NCBI GenBank assembly: GCA_963824995.1
Contig: CAWGRK010000002.1
Location: 1 to 64,000, forward strand
Direction: 5' to 3'
Source of the DNA: an uncultured Actinomycetes bacterium
GTDB taxonomy: Bacteria; Actinomycetota; Acidimicrobiia; Spongiisociales; DATADW01
Length of the DNA stretch: 64,000 nt
Shown: positions 19,047 to 29,224 of the stretch, in pieces
Layout of the letters: each line of letters opens with the position of its first letter
Position numbering within the stretch: position 1 is the stretch's first letter
Notes under the pieces: generated by a model
Databases searched by the model: none
Seen by the model: only the letters and a program-made list of their open reading frames with translations
What the model was told of the DNA's origin: nothing
Translations under genes and position numbers: made by a program

Positions 19047-19808
19047 ATGTCAGACAGGTGGAGTCAATCGGAGCCGGATGCGACCGAGCCGGACATAGAC
19101 CCCCTTCCCGCGCAAAGCCGCGCCGATGCCACTGCGGCGCTAGTGGACGAGGGCCCGCTCACCGGCGTCGACTCCGAGCAATCGTCCGCCTCTGGCCTGT
19201 CCGATGCCGTGGATACTGCGCGTCGGGAAGCAGAGAAGGTCGGGGAGACCGCAAAGGAGCAGGCCGGCCAAGTCGCCGGGGAAGTAGGGCGTCAAGCTCG
19301 CAATCTTCTCGACGAGACACGGTCCCAGTTGCGCAGTCAGGCACAAGAACAAACCGACCGAATCTCGATCACCTTGTCCGACCTGGCCAACGAGCTCCGT
19401 GGCATGGCCGACAACGCTCCCGATCCCTCTAGCTCGGTGGCCAACCTCGTCGGCGACGGCGCCAGGCGTCTCGAGGATTTCGCCACCAACCTCCAGGCAG
19501 GGGGCCTCGACAGCGTGGTGGACGACCTGAAGACGATGGCCCGCCGCCGCCCCGGGACTTTCCTGGCAGGAGCAGCCGTGGCCGGGGTGGTTGTCGGTCG
19601 TCTCTTCCGCAACGTGGATTTGAGCCAGCAGCCGAGCGGCGACGACGGGTTCCGACCCGCAAACGAAGGCCCGAATGGTCCGACAGGCTTGACGACTTCC
19701 GGACAGACGCCAAATCCAGCCACCGCAGGATCCATGGAAACGGGAAATGGTCCGCAAAGAGGCACTTCGGGCACCTCCACCGATCCGGAGGCCGGCAGTG
19801 GATGGTGA
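19047..19808 (+). CDS. Hypothetical helical protein (first gene of holin-X/DUF3618 operon)
   Basis: LEA-like helical repeats, ARRRPGTFLAGAAVAGVVVGRL membrane anchor. Confidence 0.75.
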   Translation: MSDRWSQSEPDATEPDIDPLPAQSRADATAALVDEGPLTGVDSEQSSASGLSDAVDTARREAEKVGETAKEQAGQVAGEVGRQARNLLDETRSQLRSQAQEQTDRISITLSDLANELRGMADNAPDPSSSVANLVGDGARRLEDFATNLQAGGLDSVVDDLKTMARRRPGTFLAGAAVAGVVVGRLFRNVDLSQQPSGDDGFRPANEGPNGPTGLTTSGQTPNPATAGSMETGNGPQRGTSGTSTDPEAGSGW

Positions 19809-20202
19809 GCCGTTCGAGCTAAACGAACCGGAGGCTTCCCTCGGCGACCTTGTGGGCCGTCTCAGCAATGAGGCGGGGAATCTGATCCGAACGCACATCG
19901 AGTTGGCCAAAGCCGAAGTGAAAGAGGAGATCAAGAACGCCGCGGCTGGCGCGGGCATGCTCGCCGGTGGAGGTGTCGCAGCCCACCTCGCGCTCTTCAT
20001 CTTGTCTATTGCCGCTGGGTGGGGTCTCGCCGAAGTGATGTCGATTTGGCTGGCATTTCTCGTGGTGGGTCTCATCTGGGTGGTGGTGGCTGCTGTGCTG
20101 TTCGTGGTCGGGCGGGCCCGGCTTCGCCGGGTGGAGCCACCAAAAGAGACTCTGGCGGAGATTCAGGAGGACAAGGAATGGCTGAAACAACAGGCGAGCT
20201 GA
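19798..20202 (+). CDS. Actinobacterial holin-X / phage holin family (DUF1469) membrane protein
   Basis: SLGDLV..LS...LIR..IELAKAEVKEE, two TM helices, P.ET...IQED; SD GGAGG. Confidence 0.85.
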   Translation: MDGEPFELNEPEASLGDLVGRLSNEAGNLIRTHIELAKAEVKEEIKNAAAGAGMLAGGGVAAHLALFILSIAAGWGLAEVMSIWLAFLVVGLIWVVVAAVLFVVGRARLRRVEPPKETLAEIQEDKEWLKQQAS

Positions 20203-20783
20203 GGCGGGAACTCGACGAGCAGCGGGACGAGATGTCTCGCACGGTCGATGAGATTCAGAACCGGGTCAGCCCGGGTCGGGTGTGGGCTCGGGGAAATTAT
20301 CGGATGCGTAACCGCATCACCGACTGGAAGGACCGAATCATGGGCAATGACCAGCCCGATTACTCGAGCGGCTATCGGCCCGGTTCCCCATATGGATCCG
20401 AAGGGACCGGCAGTAATCTCGGTGACCGGTTCTCCGACGCCAAGGAGTCGGTGGCCGGGGCGCCAGAGGCGTTGCGTCGCCAGACCCAGGGGAACCCGCT
20501 GGCCGCCGGATTGATCGCATTCGGTGCCGGCCTGCTGGTGTCAAGCCTCATACCCGAGACCGAGCGTGAGCAGAAGCTCGCCGAGGGTATCCAGCCACTG
20601 GTTTCTGATGTTGTCGGCGAAGCTCGCCAGGCGGCATCGGCGGTTGCACAGGAACTGAAAGAGCCCGCCGAGCAGGCTGTCCAGGATGTCAAGGACGTGG
20701 CTCAGCAGGCGGCCTCCCAGGTGCGGGACACCGCCCAGGGGAGCGTAGACGAGGTCCGTCAACAAGCGTCAAACGAGAGCTGA
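20178..20783 (+). CDS. DUF3618 domain protein
   Basis: ELRRELDEQRDEMSRTVDEIQNRVSP; QGNPLAAGLIAFGAGLLVSSLIP. Confidence 0.82.
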   Translation: MAETTGELRRELDEQRDEMSRTVDEIQNRVSPGRVWARGNYRMRNRITDWKDRIMGNDQPDYSSGYRPGSPYGSEGTGSNLGDRFSDAKESVAGAPEALRRQTQGNPLAAGLIAFGAGLLVSSLIPETEREQKLAEGIQPLVSDVVGEARQAASAVAQELKEPAEQAVQDVKDVAQQAASQVRDTAQGSVDEVRQQASNES

Positions 20784-21112
20784 CCTCGGAAGGCGCCGCC
20801 CCGTCAAAGCTCGGGCTCCAGATACCTCGCACCAACCGCCGCCTCGAAACCCCGAGGCGAGCCTTATCAGGGGCCCGCACGCTCCAATGGGCGCCGACCA
20901 TTTCGAGGGGCCTGAGGTTGAAGGGGCTTGCTTCAACCCGGGGTGGACGAGCCGAAGCCGGTTCCCGGCGGCTGACTCCAATTGCCTCTTCCTCGCATGG
21001 TCGAGGTCGTGCTCGCCGAGGGCACTTGCGGCCGCACCAAGTCTGAGTCGAGCTTCCTGGGTAGGCTCGACTTGCGGGTCGCCCGCTGCGACGCCGCGTC
21101 GAGGAGGTAGCG

Positions 21113-24100
21113 GTGGGAGGCGTCCTCCCCGTAGATCAGGGGGAGAGCGCATCCCTTGGCGGATCCACCGGTCGCTCCGGCCGCCAGCCGGACGGGGATC
21201 AGCCCCACCGGGAGGATGCCCCCAGAGGGCCCCTGCCCGCTGGGTTGATCACATTCGTGATGACCGACATCGAAGGATCGACACGACTCTTCCGACGGCT
21301 CGGTGACTCCTATCTCGACGTCTTGGAAACGCACAGGGCTCTTCTCGGTGGTGCTTTCGCAGCACACGGAGGCGTCGAGGTCGACACCGAGGGAGATGCG
21401 CTCTTCGTGGTGTTCGCCGACGCGTCCGATGCGGTCGCCGGCTGTTTGGAGGGACAAATTGCCCTGGCATCTCATTCCTGGCCGCCCGATGGTGAGGTAC
21501 GGGTCCGGATCGGGCTGCACACCAGCGAAGCCAGACCAGTCGGTCGCCGCTACGTCGATCTCGGGGTCCACCAGGTCGCTCGTATCTGCGCCGGAGCGCA
21601 CGGTGGCCAGGTGGTCATGTCGGAGGAGACGGTCTCGGCACTTGCCGATCGCCTCCCGCCCTCATCGAGTCTCGTTGCGCTGGGCACGTTCCATTTGCGT
21701 GGCTTCTCGGAGCCGGTCCGACTGAGCCAACTTCGCCATCCACAGCTACGCGAGAACTTCCCGCCGTTGCGGGCAATTGGCGTGGTGGTTCATAACTTGC
21801 CGTTTCTCCGGGCGAGCTTCGTCGGCCGAGATGAGGAGATTCCGGCGTTGATAGCGCAGCTACGGACCACCGGCATCCTCACCCTTGTCGGGTTGGGCGG
21901 GGTCGGAAAGACCCGCCTCGCCCTCCAAATTGCACAGAACGTCCTGGGCGATTTCCCCGACGGAGTCTGGCTGGTCGAGTTGGCACCACTGTCGGATCCG
22001 GCATTCGTGCCGCGGGCCGTCGCCGATGCGGCACGTGTCCCCGAAGTGCCCGGACGCGCCATCGAGGAAGTCCTCGTAGAGGCGATGGCGGACAAGTCAT
22101 CCTTGTTGATACTCGACAACTGCGAGCATGTCGTCGAGGCCGTTGCGGTTCTCGCCGAGCGGCTCTCCAGCCATTGCCCGCAACTCGTGATCCTGGCAAC
22201 CAGCAGGGAGCCGCTCGACATCGAGGGTGAGGTGGTGTGGCGAGTCCAGCCGTTGTCCATGCCAGCCGCCCCACATGTCTCGAGCGCCGCTGATGTGGTA
22301 GCGGTGGATTCTGTTCGGCTGTTCGTCGAGCGAGCACAGTTGTCCAGCCCCGGCTTCGAGCTGTCCGACGAGAACGCCGCCGATGTCGCTCGAATCGTGG
22401 GCCACCTCAACGGGATCCCTCTGGCCATCGAGCTTGCGGCATCGACGCTCAGCGACCAGCCGCTATCGGGCATATTGGCCGGGCTCGACGACCGCTTCGC
22501 TCTTCTCACTCGGGGTCGGCGGACCGCACCCGTGCGTCACCAGACGCTTCGGGCCGCGTTGGAGTGGAGCCTCGACCTGCTCGAAGAGCCGGAGCGCCTC
22601 CTTTTCGGCCGGCTGGCGGCGTTCGCCCCGGGTCTGACCACCGCGGCTGTGGTGGGAGTGTGCCGGGGTTTGCCGGGGACCGACAAAGATCTGACGTCCG
22701 GTCTCCACCGCCTGGCCCGTGCGTCGTTGCTGATCCCCCACCCAGATCTTCCCGATCGCTGGTCGATGTTGGAGTCGGTGCGGGAGTTGGCCGCAATCGA
22801 GCTCGAGGCCGCGGGCGAGACCGATGTTCTCTCCAAGCAACATCGCGACTGGTATTTCCTGCACGTCGAGGAGGTCGGGCCATTCCTGGGCCGCACAGGC
22901 CGGGCAGACGTGATGCGGGATCTGGCACTCGATCATGACAACGTGCGGCGCGCCATCGACACCGCCATAACTGACGGCGACGCGGTAGTCGCCCTTCGGT
23001 TGTGTACGGCGATGTCCCCCTTCTGGACGTCACACGGCGATTGGACAGAAGGGTCCGAGCGACTCCGATCCGCCCTGCTCCTTAGGGGCAGCCACGATGA
23101 GCAGTTCAGGGGAAGAGCCGTGGCCGCACTCGGCAACCTGACGCTGTTGCGCGGCGACCTGGCCGCTGCCGAGAAGCTGTTCGAGGAGAGTCGAGAGCGA
23201 ACCGCCGCTTCGGGCGATGAAGTCTTCCTGGCACGATCCCTCGCCGGCGCCGGGTACGTGGCCTTTCGGCGTTCCCAGCTACCGGAGGCTGACTCCCTCT
23301 GGCGGGAGGCGCTCGAGGCGGCCGAGCAGGCGGGCGACGAGCGAGTCGCCGCCGGCGTCCTCCGCAGCCTGGCTATCGCGGCAGCGACCGCCGGCCAGCA
23401 GGGCCGAGCGGGGGAGTTGCTCGATCAGGCAATCGCCTCGGCTCGGCGGGTCGAGGATGACCAGCTCCTCCGATTGCTTCTCGGCTCTTCTGCCGAAAGG
23501 CACATGTGGCTGGGCAGCTACCAGGAGGCTGAGGATGCCTACGGCGACGCCCTCGGGCTTGCCACCGAGATCGGCGATCTCTCGGCAAGGCCACTGTTGC
23601 TGGCCGAGCTGGGGTGGGTGGCACTCCTGCGTGGAGCTGTACCGCGAGCCGAGCGACTCGCTGTCGAGGCAGCCGAATTGGCCGAGGACCTGGGAAATCG
23701 CCGGGTGCTGGCGCACTCGCTGCCGACTGATCGGCGAAGCGCTGATCCGGAAAGGCGAAACAGATGCGCCGAGGAGGTGCTCGAGCGCGCCCTCGCCGTG
23801 GCGCAGGAACTCGACGCGCCGGCAGAGGTGGCCGGGGTGATGTGCACAAGGGCATGCTTGTCCTTGGAGAGGCTTCGATTGGACGAAGCCCGGGAACGGG
23901 CCGAGGGAGGGTTGGCGCTCTCCGCCTTGCCCCATTCGATGCGTCGGGTGTCTCTGAGGTGGGTGCTGGGAGTGGTCGCCCTTCTCGAGGGAGACCCCGA
24001 CGAGTCCGAGACCCTGTTCCGGGCGGACTTGAAGTCGGCCGAGGAAGGGAAGATGCGACGACATGAGGCCACCAGCGCTTGGGGCCTGGCATGTGTCAGC

Positions 24101-24469
24101 TCCGCACGGGGGGACACGCCAAGATCGCTTGCCTTGCACCGACGGGCACTGGCGATCCGCGACGAGATCGAGGATCGGCTTGGTGTGGTCGACTCGTTGG
24201 TGGCGATGGCAGGGGTTGTAGCTCCAAGTCGGCCCAAGGAGGCGGCGTTGCTGACCGGCGCGGCGACCTCGCTCCGTCGGCGGACTGGGTCGGTCGCTAC
24301 TCCCCGCGAAGCCGCCGAGGTCGCTCATGTCGAGTCATCGATCGAGGCCGCACTCGATCGGTCGGCGATGGCGCAAGCTGGAGAGGAGGGTGCACGCATC
24401 GACGAGGAGACCGCAGTGGGATTGGCCCTGGATCTGGCACCGGACGGGAGCGGGCCGGGTTTGCCGTGA
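21113..24469 (+). CDS. Class III cyclase - STAND (NB-ARC-like) ATPase - TPR protein
   Basis: MTDIEGST cyclase, GLGGVGKTRLA, LILDNCEH, TSRE, GIPLAIELAA, RHQTLRAALEWS, TPR repeats; SD GAGGAGG; short compensated frameshift ~23722-23768. Confidence 0.92.
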   Translation: MGGVLPVDQGESASLGGSTGRSGRQPDGDQPHREDAPRGPLPAGLITFVMTDIEGSTRLFRRLGDSYLDVLETHRALLGGAFAAHGGVEVDTEGDALFVVFADASDAVAGCLEGQIALASHSWPPDGEVRVRIGLHTSEARPVGRRYVDLGVHQVARICAGAHGGQVVMSEETVSALADRLPPSSSLVALGTFHLRGFSEPVRLSQLRHPQLRENFPPLRAIGVVVHNLPFLRASFVGRDEEIPALIAQLRTTGILTLVGLGGVGKTRLALQIAQNVLGDFPDGVWLVELAPLSDPAFVPRAVADAARVPEVPGRAIEEVLVEAMADKSSLLILDNCEHVVEAVAVLAERLSSHCPQLVILATSREPLDIEGEVVWRVQPLSMPAAPHVSSAADVVAVDSVRLFVERAQLSSPGFELSDENAADVARIVGHLNGIPLAIELAASTLSDQPLSGILAGLDDRFALLTRGRRTAPVRHQTLRAALEWSLDLLEEPERLLFGRLAAFAPGLTTAAVVGVCRGLPGTDKDLTSGLHRLARASLLIPHPDLPDRWSMLESVRELAAIELEAAGETDVLSKQHRDWYFLHVEEVGPFLGRTGRADVMRDLALDHDNVRRAIDTAITDGDAVVALRLCTAMSPFWTSHGDWTEGSERLRSALLLRGSHDEQFRGRAVAALGNLTLLRGDLAAAEKLFEESRERTAASGDEVFLARSLAGAGYVAFRRSQLPEADSLWREALEAAEQAGDERVAAGVLRSLAIAAATAGQQGRAGELLDQAIASARRVEDDQLLRLLLGSSAERHMWLGSYQEAEDAYGDALGLATEIGDLSARPLLLAELGWVALLRGAVPRAERLAVEAAELAEDLGNRRVLAHSLPTDRRSADPERRNRCAEEVLERALAVAQELDAPAEVAGVMCTRACLSLERLRLDEARERAEGGLALSALPHSMRRVSLRWVLGVVALLEGDPDESETLFRADLKSAEEGKMRRHEATSAWGLACVSSARGDTPRSLALHRRALAIRDEIEDRLGVVDSLVAMAGVVAPSRPKEAALLTGAATSLRRRTGSVATPREAAEVAHVESSIEAALDRSAMAQAGEEGARIDEETAVGLALDLAPDGSGPGLP

Positions 24470-24495
24470 ATAGGTACCAATAGAGAGGGTGACAT

Positions 24496-25302
24496 ATGGG
24501 TTGGCTTGACGGCGATACGGCTCTGATCACCGGTGCCGGGTCGGGTTTGGGACGAGCCCTCGTGGACCGCTTCGTGGCTGAGGGAGCGCGGGTGGTCGCG
24601 ATGGACCGCCTCGAGGACCGACTGAGTGAGGTCGCGGCGGTTCATGGCGAGGCGGTGACCGGTGTGGTTGGTGACGTCACCCAGGTGGCGGACAACGAAC
24701 GTGCCGTCGCCGCCGCCCTGTCGTCCTTTGGCCGCCTCGACACGTTCATCGGCAATGCCGGGATGTTCGACTACGGCGCCGGCGTGATCGACACCCAAGC
24801 CGAGGCGCTCGCCGAAGCATTCGACGAGCTCTTCGCGGTGAATGTCAAGGGATACCTCTTGGGAGTCAAGGCGGCAGTTCCGGCATTGATGGAGAGCGGA
24901 GGCTCCGTGCTCCTGACCGCATCGATGTCGTCCACCCACGCCGGCATTGGCGGTGTCGTATACACCGCATCGAAGCATGCCGTGGTCGGCTTGGTCCGCC
25001 AGTTGGCTTTCGAGCTCGCTCCTGGGGTACGGGTCAATGGCGTGGCGCCCGGCTTCATGCGGACCGACATCCGCGGTCCCAGGTCACTTGGTCTCGCGGA
25101 GCGCACGCCGTCGTCGATTGACGGTCTCGAGCAGTTCGCCAGTTCCGTGGTCCCTCTGAAGTTCTTGCCAAACCCAGAGGACTACACCGGGCACTACGTG
25201 CAGCTTGCATCACGCAGCAACGCGGCGGCGACAACCGGATTGGTGGTCTCGTCCGACGGTGGCCTCGACGTGCGGGGGTTGGGACCGACGCCGGGCGGAT
25301 GA
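24496..25302 (+). CDS. SDR, cis-dihydrodiol dehydrogenase (BphB/HcaB-like)
   Basis: MGWL..., TGAGSGLG, NAGMFDY, AFDELFAVNVKGYLLGVKA, YTASKHAVVGLVRQLAFELAP. Confidence 0.85.
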   Translation: MGWLDGDTALITGAGSGLGRALVDRFVAEGARVVAMDRLEDRLSEVAAVHGEAVTGVVGDVTQVADNERAVAAALSSFGRLDTFIGNAGMFDYGAGVIDTQAEALAEAFDELFAVNVKGYLLGVKAAVPALMESGGSVLLTASMSSTHAGIGGVVYTASKHAVVGLVRQLAFELAPGVRVNGVAPGFMRTDIRGPRSLGLAERTPSSIDGLEQFASSVVPLKFLPNPEDYTGHYVQLASRSNAAATTGLVVSSDGGLDVRGLGPTPGG

Positions 25303-25329
25303 GCCGCTCGGACTGAGTGAGGCTGACTG

Positions 25330-26682
25330 TCAGCCCGACGTAGGGATGCTGCCGACGGCGGCAACGGTCATGACCGCTCCCAGAGCGAGCACGATCACCG
25401 CCGCCGTACCGGGCACCCAACGGAGCAGATGGCCGGTGCGTGGCCGATGCTGGAACATCCTCCACCCGAACCGGTGCGCGGCGACGGCGAGCAGTCCTGA
25501 CCCCACGAGAGCGAGCGCCATACCGACTCCGAAGCCGCTGACGAGAAGCACGCCGAACCACGCCCGACCCACGTGCACCGCCCCGAGCAGCAGCACTACC
25601 GCTGATGCAGAGGGCACCAGTCCGCCGGTGAGACCCAGTGCCGCCACCGAGCGCCAGCCGAGCGGTCGAGGGTGCGGGTGGCGATGGTCGTGGTGTTCGT
25701 GGTCATGGCGGTGATGGCGTCCTCGCCGAAGCGCCACCCAGAGCAATCGGCCGCCGATCACGAGGACGACGGTTCCGGCGATGACGGAGAGGTAGGGGTA
25801 CAACCGAGCGGGGTCGAACCTGGAGGCGGCCGTTGCGATGATCATGCCCAGCACCGCCACGCCGATCGTGTGGGAGAAGGCTGTTGTCGCCGCAAGGAGC
25901 ACCGCTTGGCGAGCCGTTCCCCTCGTCCCGACCAGATAGGCGGCGACGATCGTCTTCCCGTGCCCGGGTGCCAGGGCGTGACCGGCGCCGAGGGCGATAG
26001 CCGCAGCCAGCGCGGCCAGTGCCGGTCCGGCCCCGAACCGGTCGAGCCTGATCATCGATCCGAGTCGTTCGACTGTGCCGACGGCAGCGGCTTGGCGGAC
26101 GATCTCACCGCTCCCCACTTCGATCGTTGCGGTGCGTACGTCGAGCAGGGAGCCATCGTCCGGGTAGGAGGTGAGCACGTCGCTCGGTGAGGCCGCAGGG
26201 AGGTCGCTCGTCACCGGGGTGTCGGTGGAGGTCACCGTCATCTCGCGCCATCCGAGCCGGTCGGGGTAGTTGTGGTTCTCGACGGTGAGCGAGCCTGGGC
26301 GCACGCCGGTGGTGTAGCGGCACTCGATGCGGAGGGTGGGAACCCCGGCATCACCCGGCGGGGTGGAAGCTGTGGCGCCCGCCGCATCGAGACCGAGCAA
26401 TTCACCGTCGAGCGTCGTCACCAGTCCTTCCGTTAGCTGCTCGCAGGTGGTCGTCGCATAGCGCGCCGGGTGAGGTGACAACTTCTTCGTCTCGGTGAAT
26501 GCAGGTATCTCGGCCATGTCCACAACGTATGCCAGTCGGAGTTCGTCGCCCGCCACTTCGATCCCGAGGTGCTGGTTGGTGGTGAAGTTCCCCAGAGGGT
26601 GGGCTTGGGCCGGAGAGGCGAGAGCGATTGCGACGCCCGTCAGGAGAAGCACGGTGAGCCAACGTGCCCCGCCACGGCTCAT
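25330..26682 (-). CDS. Nickel/cobalt transporter (RcnA/NicO-like) with N-terminal extracytoplasmic domain
   Basis: Signal peptide + HPLGNFT, HALAPGHGKTIVAAYLVG, SHT, His-rich loop HHRHDHEHHDHRHPH, GGLVPS. Confidence 0.88.
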   Translation of the reverse strand: MSRGGARWLTVLLLTGVAIALASPAQAHPLGNFTTNQHLGIEVAGDELRLAYVVDMAEIPAFTETKKLSPHPARYATTTCEQLTEGLVTTLDGELLGLDAAGATASTPPGDAGVPTLRIECRYTTGVRPGSLTVENHNYPDRLGWREMTVTSTDTPVTSDLPAASPSDVLTSYPDDGSLLDVRTATIEVGSGEIVRQAAAVGTVERLGSMIRLDRFGAGPALAALAAAIALGAGHALAPGHGKTIVAAYLVGTRGTARQAVLLAATTAFSHTIGVAVLGMIIATAASRFDPARLYPYLSVIAGTVVLVIGGRLLWVALRRGRHHRHDHEHHDHRHPHPRPLGWRSVAALGLTGGLVPSASAVVLLLGAVHVGRAWFGVLLVSGFGVGMALALVGSGLLAVAAHRFGWRMFQHRPRTGHLLRWVPGTAAVIVLALGAVMTVAAVGSIPTSG

Positions 26683-26841
26683 GGCAACTCCTCCCGTGAC
26701 CCGCGCTGCCTCCACCGCTGCCTCCTCTGATGCTCCGCCGGTTCATGTCGGTTCGGAGCATCTGGCTGGATGGCTTGGGAAGGTGGGGTGGTACTGCTCA
26801 ATGCGCCGGCCATCTCCGTGCCACCGGTACCCTGCCCGTCC

Positions 26842-27897
26842 ATGGCCGACACCCCAGTCGAGAGCGGTTCCGGGAGCGACTCCGGGGCGAGAACCCAGTC
26901 TGCGCCGGCACCGACTGCGCCGCCACCGCCACCAACCGGCCCCAAGGTCGCGGTCGAGGACGCCCCGCCGGCCCCTCCGAGCAAGCCGATTGTGGAGCCT
27001 GTGACCACGGGGACCGAGGTGCAGGCGGCACCGACGGCACCGGCCCCCGCGACGCCCCCGAAGAAGCGGTCGCGAGGGGCCTGGGTCGTTCTCGGTGTGG
27101 TGGTGGTGCTCTTCGTCGTTGCCGTGATCACCGGCCTGCTCTCACCGACCGTGGTGCTCGACCTGGCCGCGCTGTGGCCCATCGGGCTTGGTCTGGTGGC
27201 ATTGGCGGTCCTCGTCGGTCTGCTCAAGCGCCGCAGCGGGGGGTCGCTCGGGCCTTTGGTGGCGCTTGCTCTGGCTTCTTGGGTTCTCATCTCGGTGGGT
27301 CTCCACCTCACCGGATGGTCGGCCCTCCCGTCCTCGGCGGGCGATGTGGTCGCCGAGGCAACGGGCGACGGACCTGCTCGGATAAACCTGGTCAGCAAGG
27401 GCACGGTGCAGATCGGTCGCGGATCGGAGCCGCTCTACGAAGTGGTCCCGGTACGGCGCGGCGGCCCCACCACCGCACCCAGCGTCCTCGAACAGGTGGT
27501 TGGGGAACGCTCGACGGTGAGGGTCCTCGAGTACCCGTCCGCAGGTTGGTTCCGATTCGCCGGTTGGGACGTATCGCTATCGCCGGATCCGGTCTGGACC
27601 GTCTCGATCACATCTCCCAACTTCGATGCCGACCTCCGCCAGTTGGATGTAGCCGGTGTGACTTTGGACGGCGACGGCAGCGTGCTCCTTCCGGCGGCTA
27701 CTCGTCACGGCGTGATCGAGGTGAACGGCGAGGTGACGGTCGAGATCCCGACGGGAACCCCCGCCGAGGTGATCGGTGCAGCCGAGACACCGATCGGGTG
27801 GGAGATAACCGATCGGGGTGCCACGGCTCCTGTCACGGGTGCGGGCTGGGAGATCGTCGTCGGCGAGGGCGCGGTTGTCAGGGTGGAGGAGTCCTGA
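26842..27897 (+). CDS. Hypothetical membrane protein (Pro-rich N-terminus, TM bundle, beta-rich C-terminus; LiaF-like)
   Basis: ORF with typical codon bias; LWP motif, 3 TM segments. Confidence 0.6.
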   Translation: MADTPVESGSGSDSGARTQSAPAPTAPPPPPTGPKVAVEDAPPAPPSKPIVEPVTTGTEVQAAPTAPAPATPPKKRSRGAWVVLGVVVVLFVVAVITGLLSPTVVLDLAALWPIGLGLVALAVLVGLLKRRSGGSLGPLVALALASWVLISVGLHLTGWSALPSSAGDVVAEATGDGPARINLVSKGTVQIGRGSEPLYEVVPVRRGGPTTAPSVLEQVVGERSTVRVLEYPSAGWFRFAGWDVSLSPDPVWTVSITSPNFDADLRQLDVAGVTLDGDGSVLLPAATRHGVIEVNGEVTVEIPTGTPAEVIGAAETPIGWEITDRGATAPVTGAGWEIVVGEGAVVRVEES

Positions 27898-27925
27898 GCC
27901 CTCTCTGGGTAAACTCAGCGCGGGA

Positions 27926-29197
27926 GTGAGAGACGGGCTGACCTCGCAGCGGCTGAGGCACTTGGGGATCGGTGCCTGGAGTCTCCTCGGCGGTGCCCTC
28001 CTCCTGGCCGCGTTGGTCTGGCTCATGGTCCAGGTCAAGGTCGTCCTGCTTCCTCTGGCCCTGGCTGTTGGCATCGTCTATATCCTCAACCCGGCGATAA
28101 CCTGGTTGCACCGGCGCGGAGTCCACCGAATGGTGGGGGCGACGCTCACCTATCTGGTTATGGCCGGTCTTCTCACCCTGGCAGCCGTGCTCCTTGCCCC
28201 TGTGTTGCGCGAGCAGGGCGAACAATTCGCCCACGCCCTCCCGGCGCTGGTGACAGACGTCCTCGTCTGGCTGCAGGGCATATCGGAGAGTCTCGGGATA
28301 AACCTCGGGCTTGTGACGAGCCTGGAGGCGCTCCAGGCATGGGTTTCCGACCCAGCCAACCAGGAGGTGATCCGCGAGTTCCTCGGCGGTGCCGGCGGCG
28401 TGGTGGCCCAGGTCTTCCGCGGGGTCTTCGAGTTCGTGGTGGTGGCGGTGGTCGGTGTGGTGCTCGCCTTCTACCTGCTGATCGACCTCCCTGCCCAACA
28501 GGTGCGCGCCCGCCAGCTACTCCCTGAGACATTCCGGCAGGAGGGTGTTTTCCTGGGACATCAACTGAGCACCGCCGTCGGCGGGTTCGTTCGCGGCCAG
28601 TTGCTGGTGGCGCTGGTGGTGGGGGTCCTCTCATCGATCGGTCTCGCCATCATCGGTCTGCCCTTCTGGCTGCTGATCGGGATGACCGCCGGGGTGCTCA
28701 ACATCATCCCCTTCGTCGGTCCCTGGGTGGGTGGCGTCCTCGCCGTGCTGATGGCGCTCCTGACCGGCGACGCCGGCGACGCAGTGCTCGCCGCGCTGGT
28801 CATGCTCGGTGTTCAGCAACTCGACAACCACATCATCACCCCCTCGGTGATGAGAGCCACCGTCAAGCTGCACCCCGGGTTGATGGTGCTCGCCCTCCTC
28901 ATCGGCGGAGCACAAGGGGGATTGGTGGGGGTGGTCCTGGCGATCCCGGTAGCGGCTGCGCTCAAGATCCTCATCGGTCACTTCTGGCGCACCAGGGTGC
29001 TCGGAGAGACCTGGGACGAGGTGGCAGAGGCGCAACTCCACGAGTACCAACCGGTGCACCCCGAGAGATTGCTCTCCCGGTTCCGAGGGGTGCGCCGAAT
29101 CAGGGTACGGGGCGACGGACTGCAGCAGACCCTGCCGCTCGACGGCTACGACGAAGCGATCACCGAGGAACTTCCCACCGTAGGCGCCGACAGATAG
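27926..29197 (+). CDS. AI-2E family transporter
   Basis: YILNPAI, GFVRGQL, LNIIPFVGPW, QQLDNHIITP, GVVLAIPVAA. Confidence 0.9.
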   Translation: MRDGLTSQRLRHLGIGAWSLLGGALLLAALVWLMVQVKVVLLPLALAVGIVYILNPAITWLHRRGVHRMVGATLTYLVMAGLLTLAAVLLAPVLREQGEQFAHALPALVTDVLVWLQGISESLGINLGLVTSLEALQAWVSDPANQEVIREFLGGAGGVVAQVFRGVFEFVVVAVVGVVLAFYLLIDLPAQQVRARQLLPETFRQEGVFLGHQLSTAVGGFVRGQLLVALVVGVLSSIGLAIIGLPFWLLIGMTAGVLNIIPFVGPWVGGVLAVLMALLTGDAGDAVLAALVMLGVQQLDNHIITPSVMRATVKLHPGLMVLALLIGGAQGGLVGVVLAIPVAAALKILIGHFWRTRVLGETWDEVAEAQLHEYQPVHPERLLSRFRGVRRIRVRGDGLQQTLPLDGYDEAITEELPTVGADR

Positions 29198-29224
29198 ACG
29201 GAAGGCCTTCCGCCTTCCGTCTAT
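29194..29224. terminator. Bidirectional hairpin between convergent genes
   Basis: ATAGACGGAAGGC-CTTCC-GCCTTCCGTCTAT, perfect 13-bp stem including both TAG stops. Confidence 0.7.

Noticed and set aside
19798..20202. Prophage implied by a 'holin'
   Set aside because: Holin-X/DUF3618 operons are ordinary chromosomal actinobacterial genes; no phage structural or replication genes are nearby
20784..21150. Minus-strand gene remnant (IYGEDASHRYLLDAA / ALGEHDLDHARKRQLE)
   Set aside because: Coding-like codons, but no recognisable family, start or continuous frame
9112..26700. Discrete genomic island integrated at tRNA-Thr
   Set aside because: Gene content turns accessory, but I found no integrase and no duplicate of the tRNA-Thr 3' end by eye
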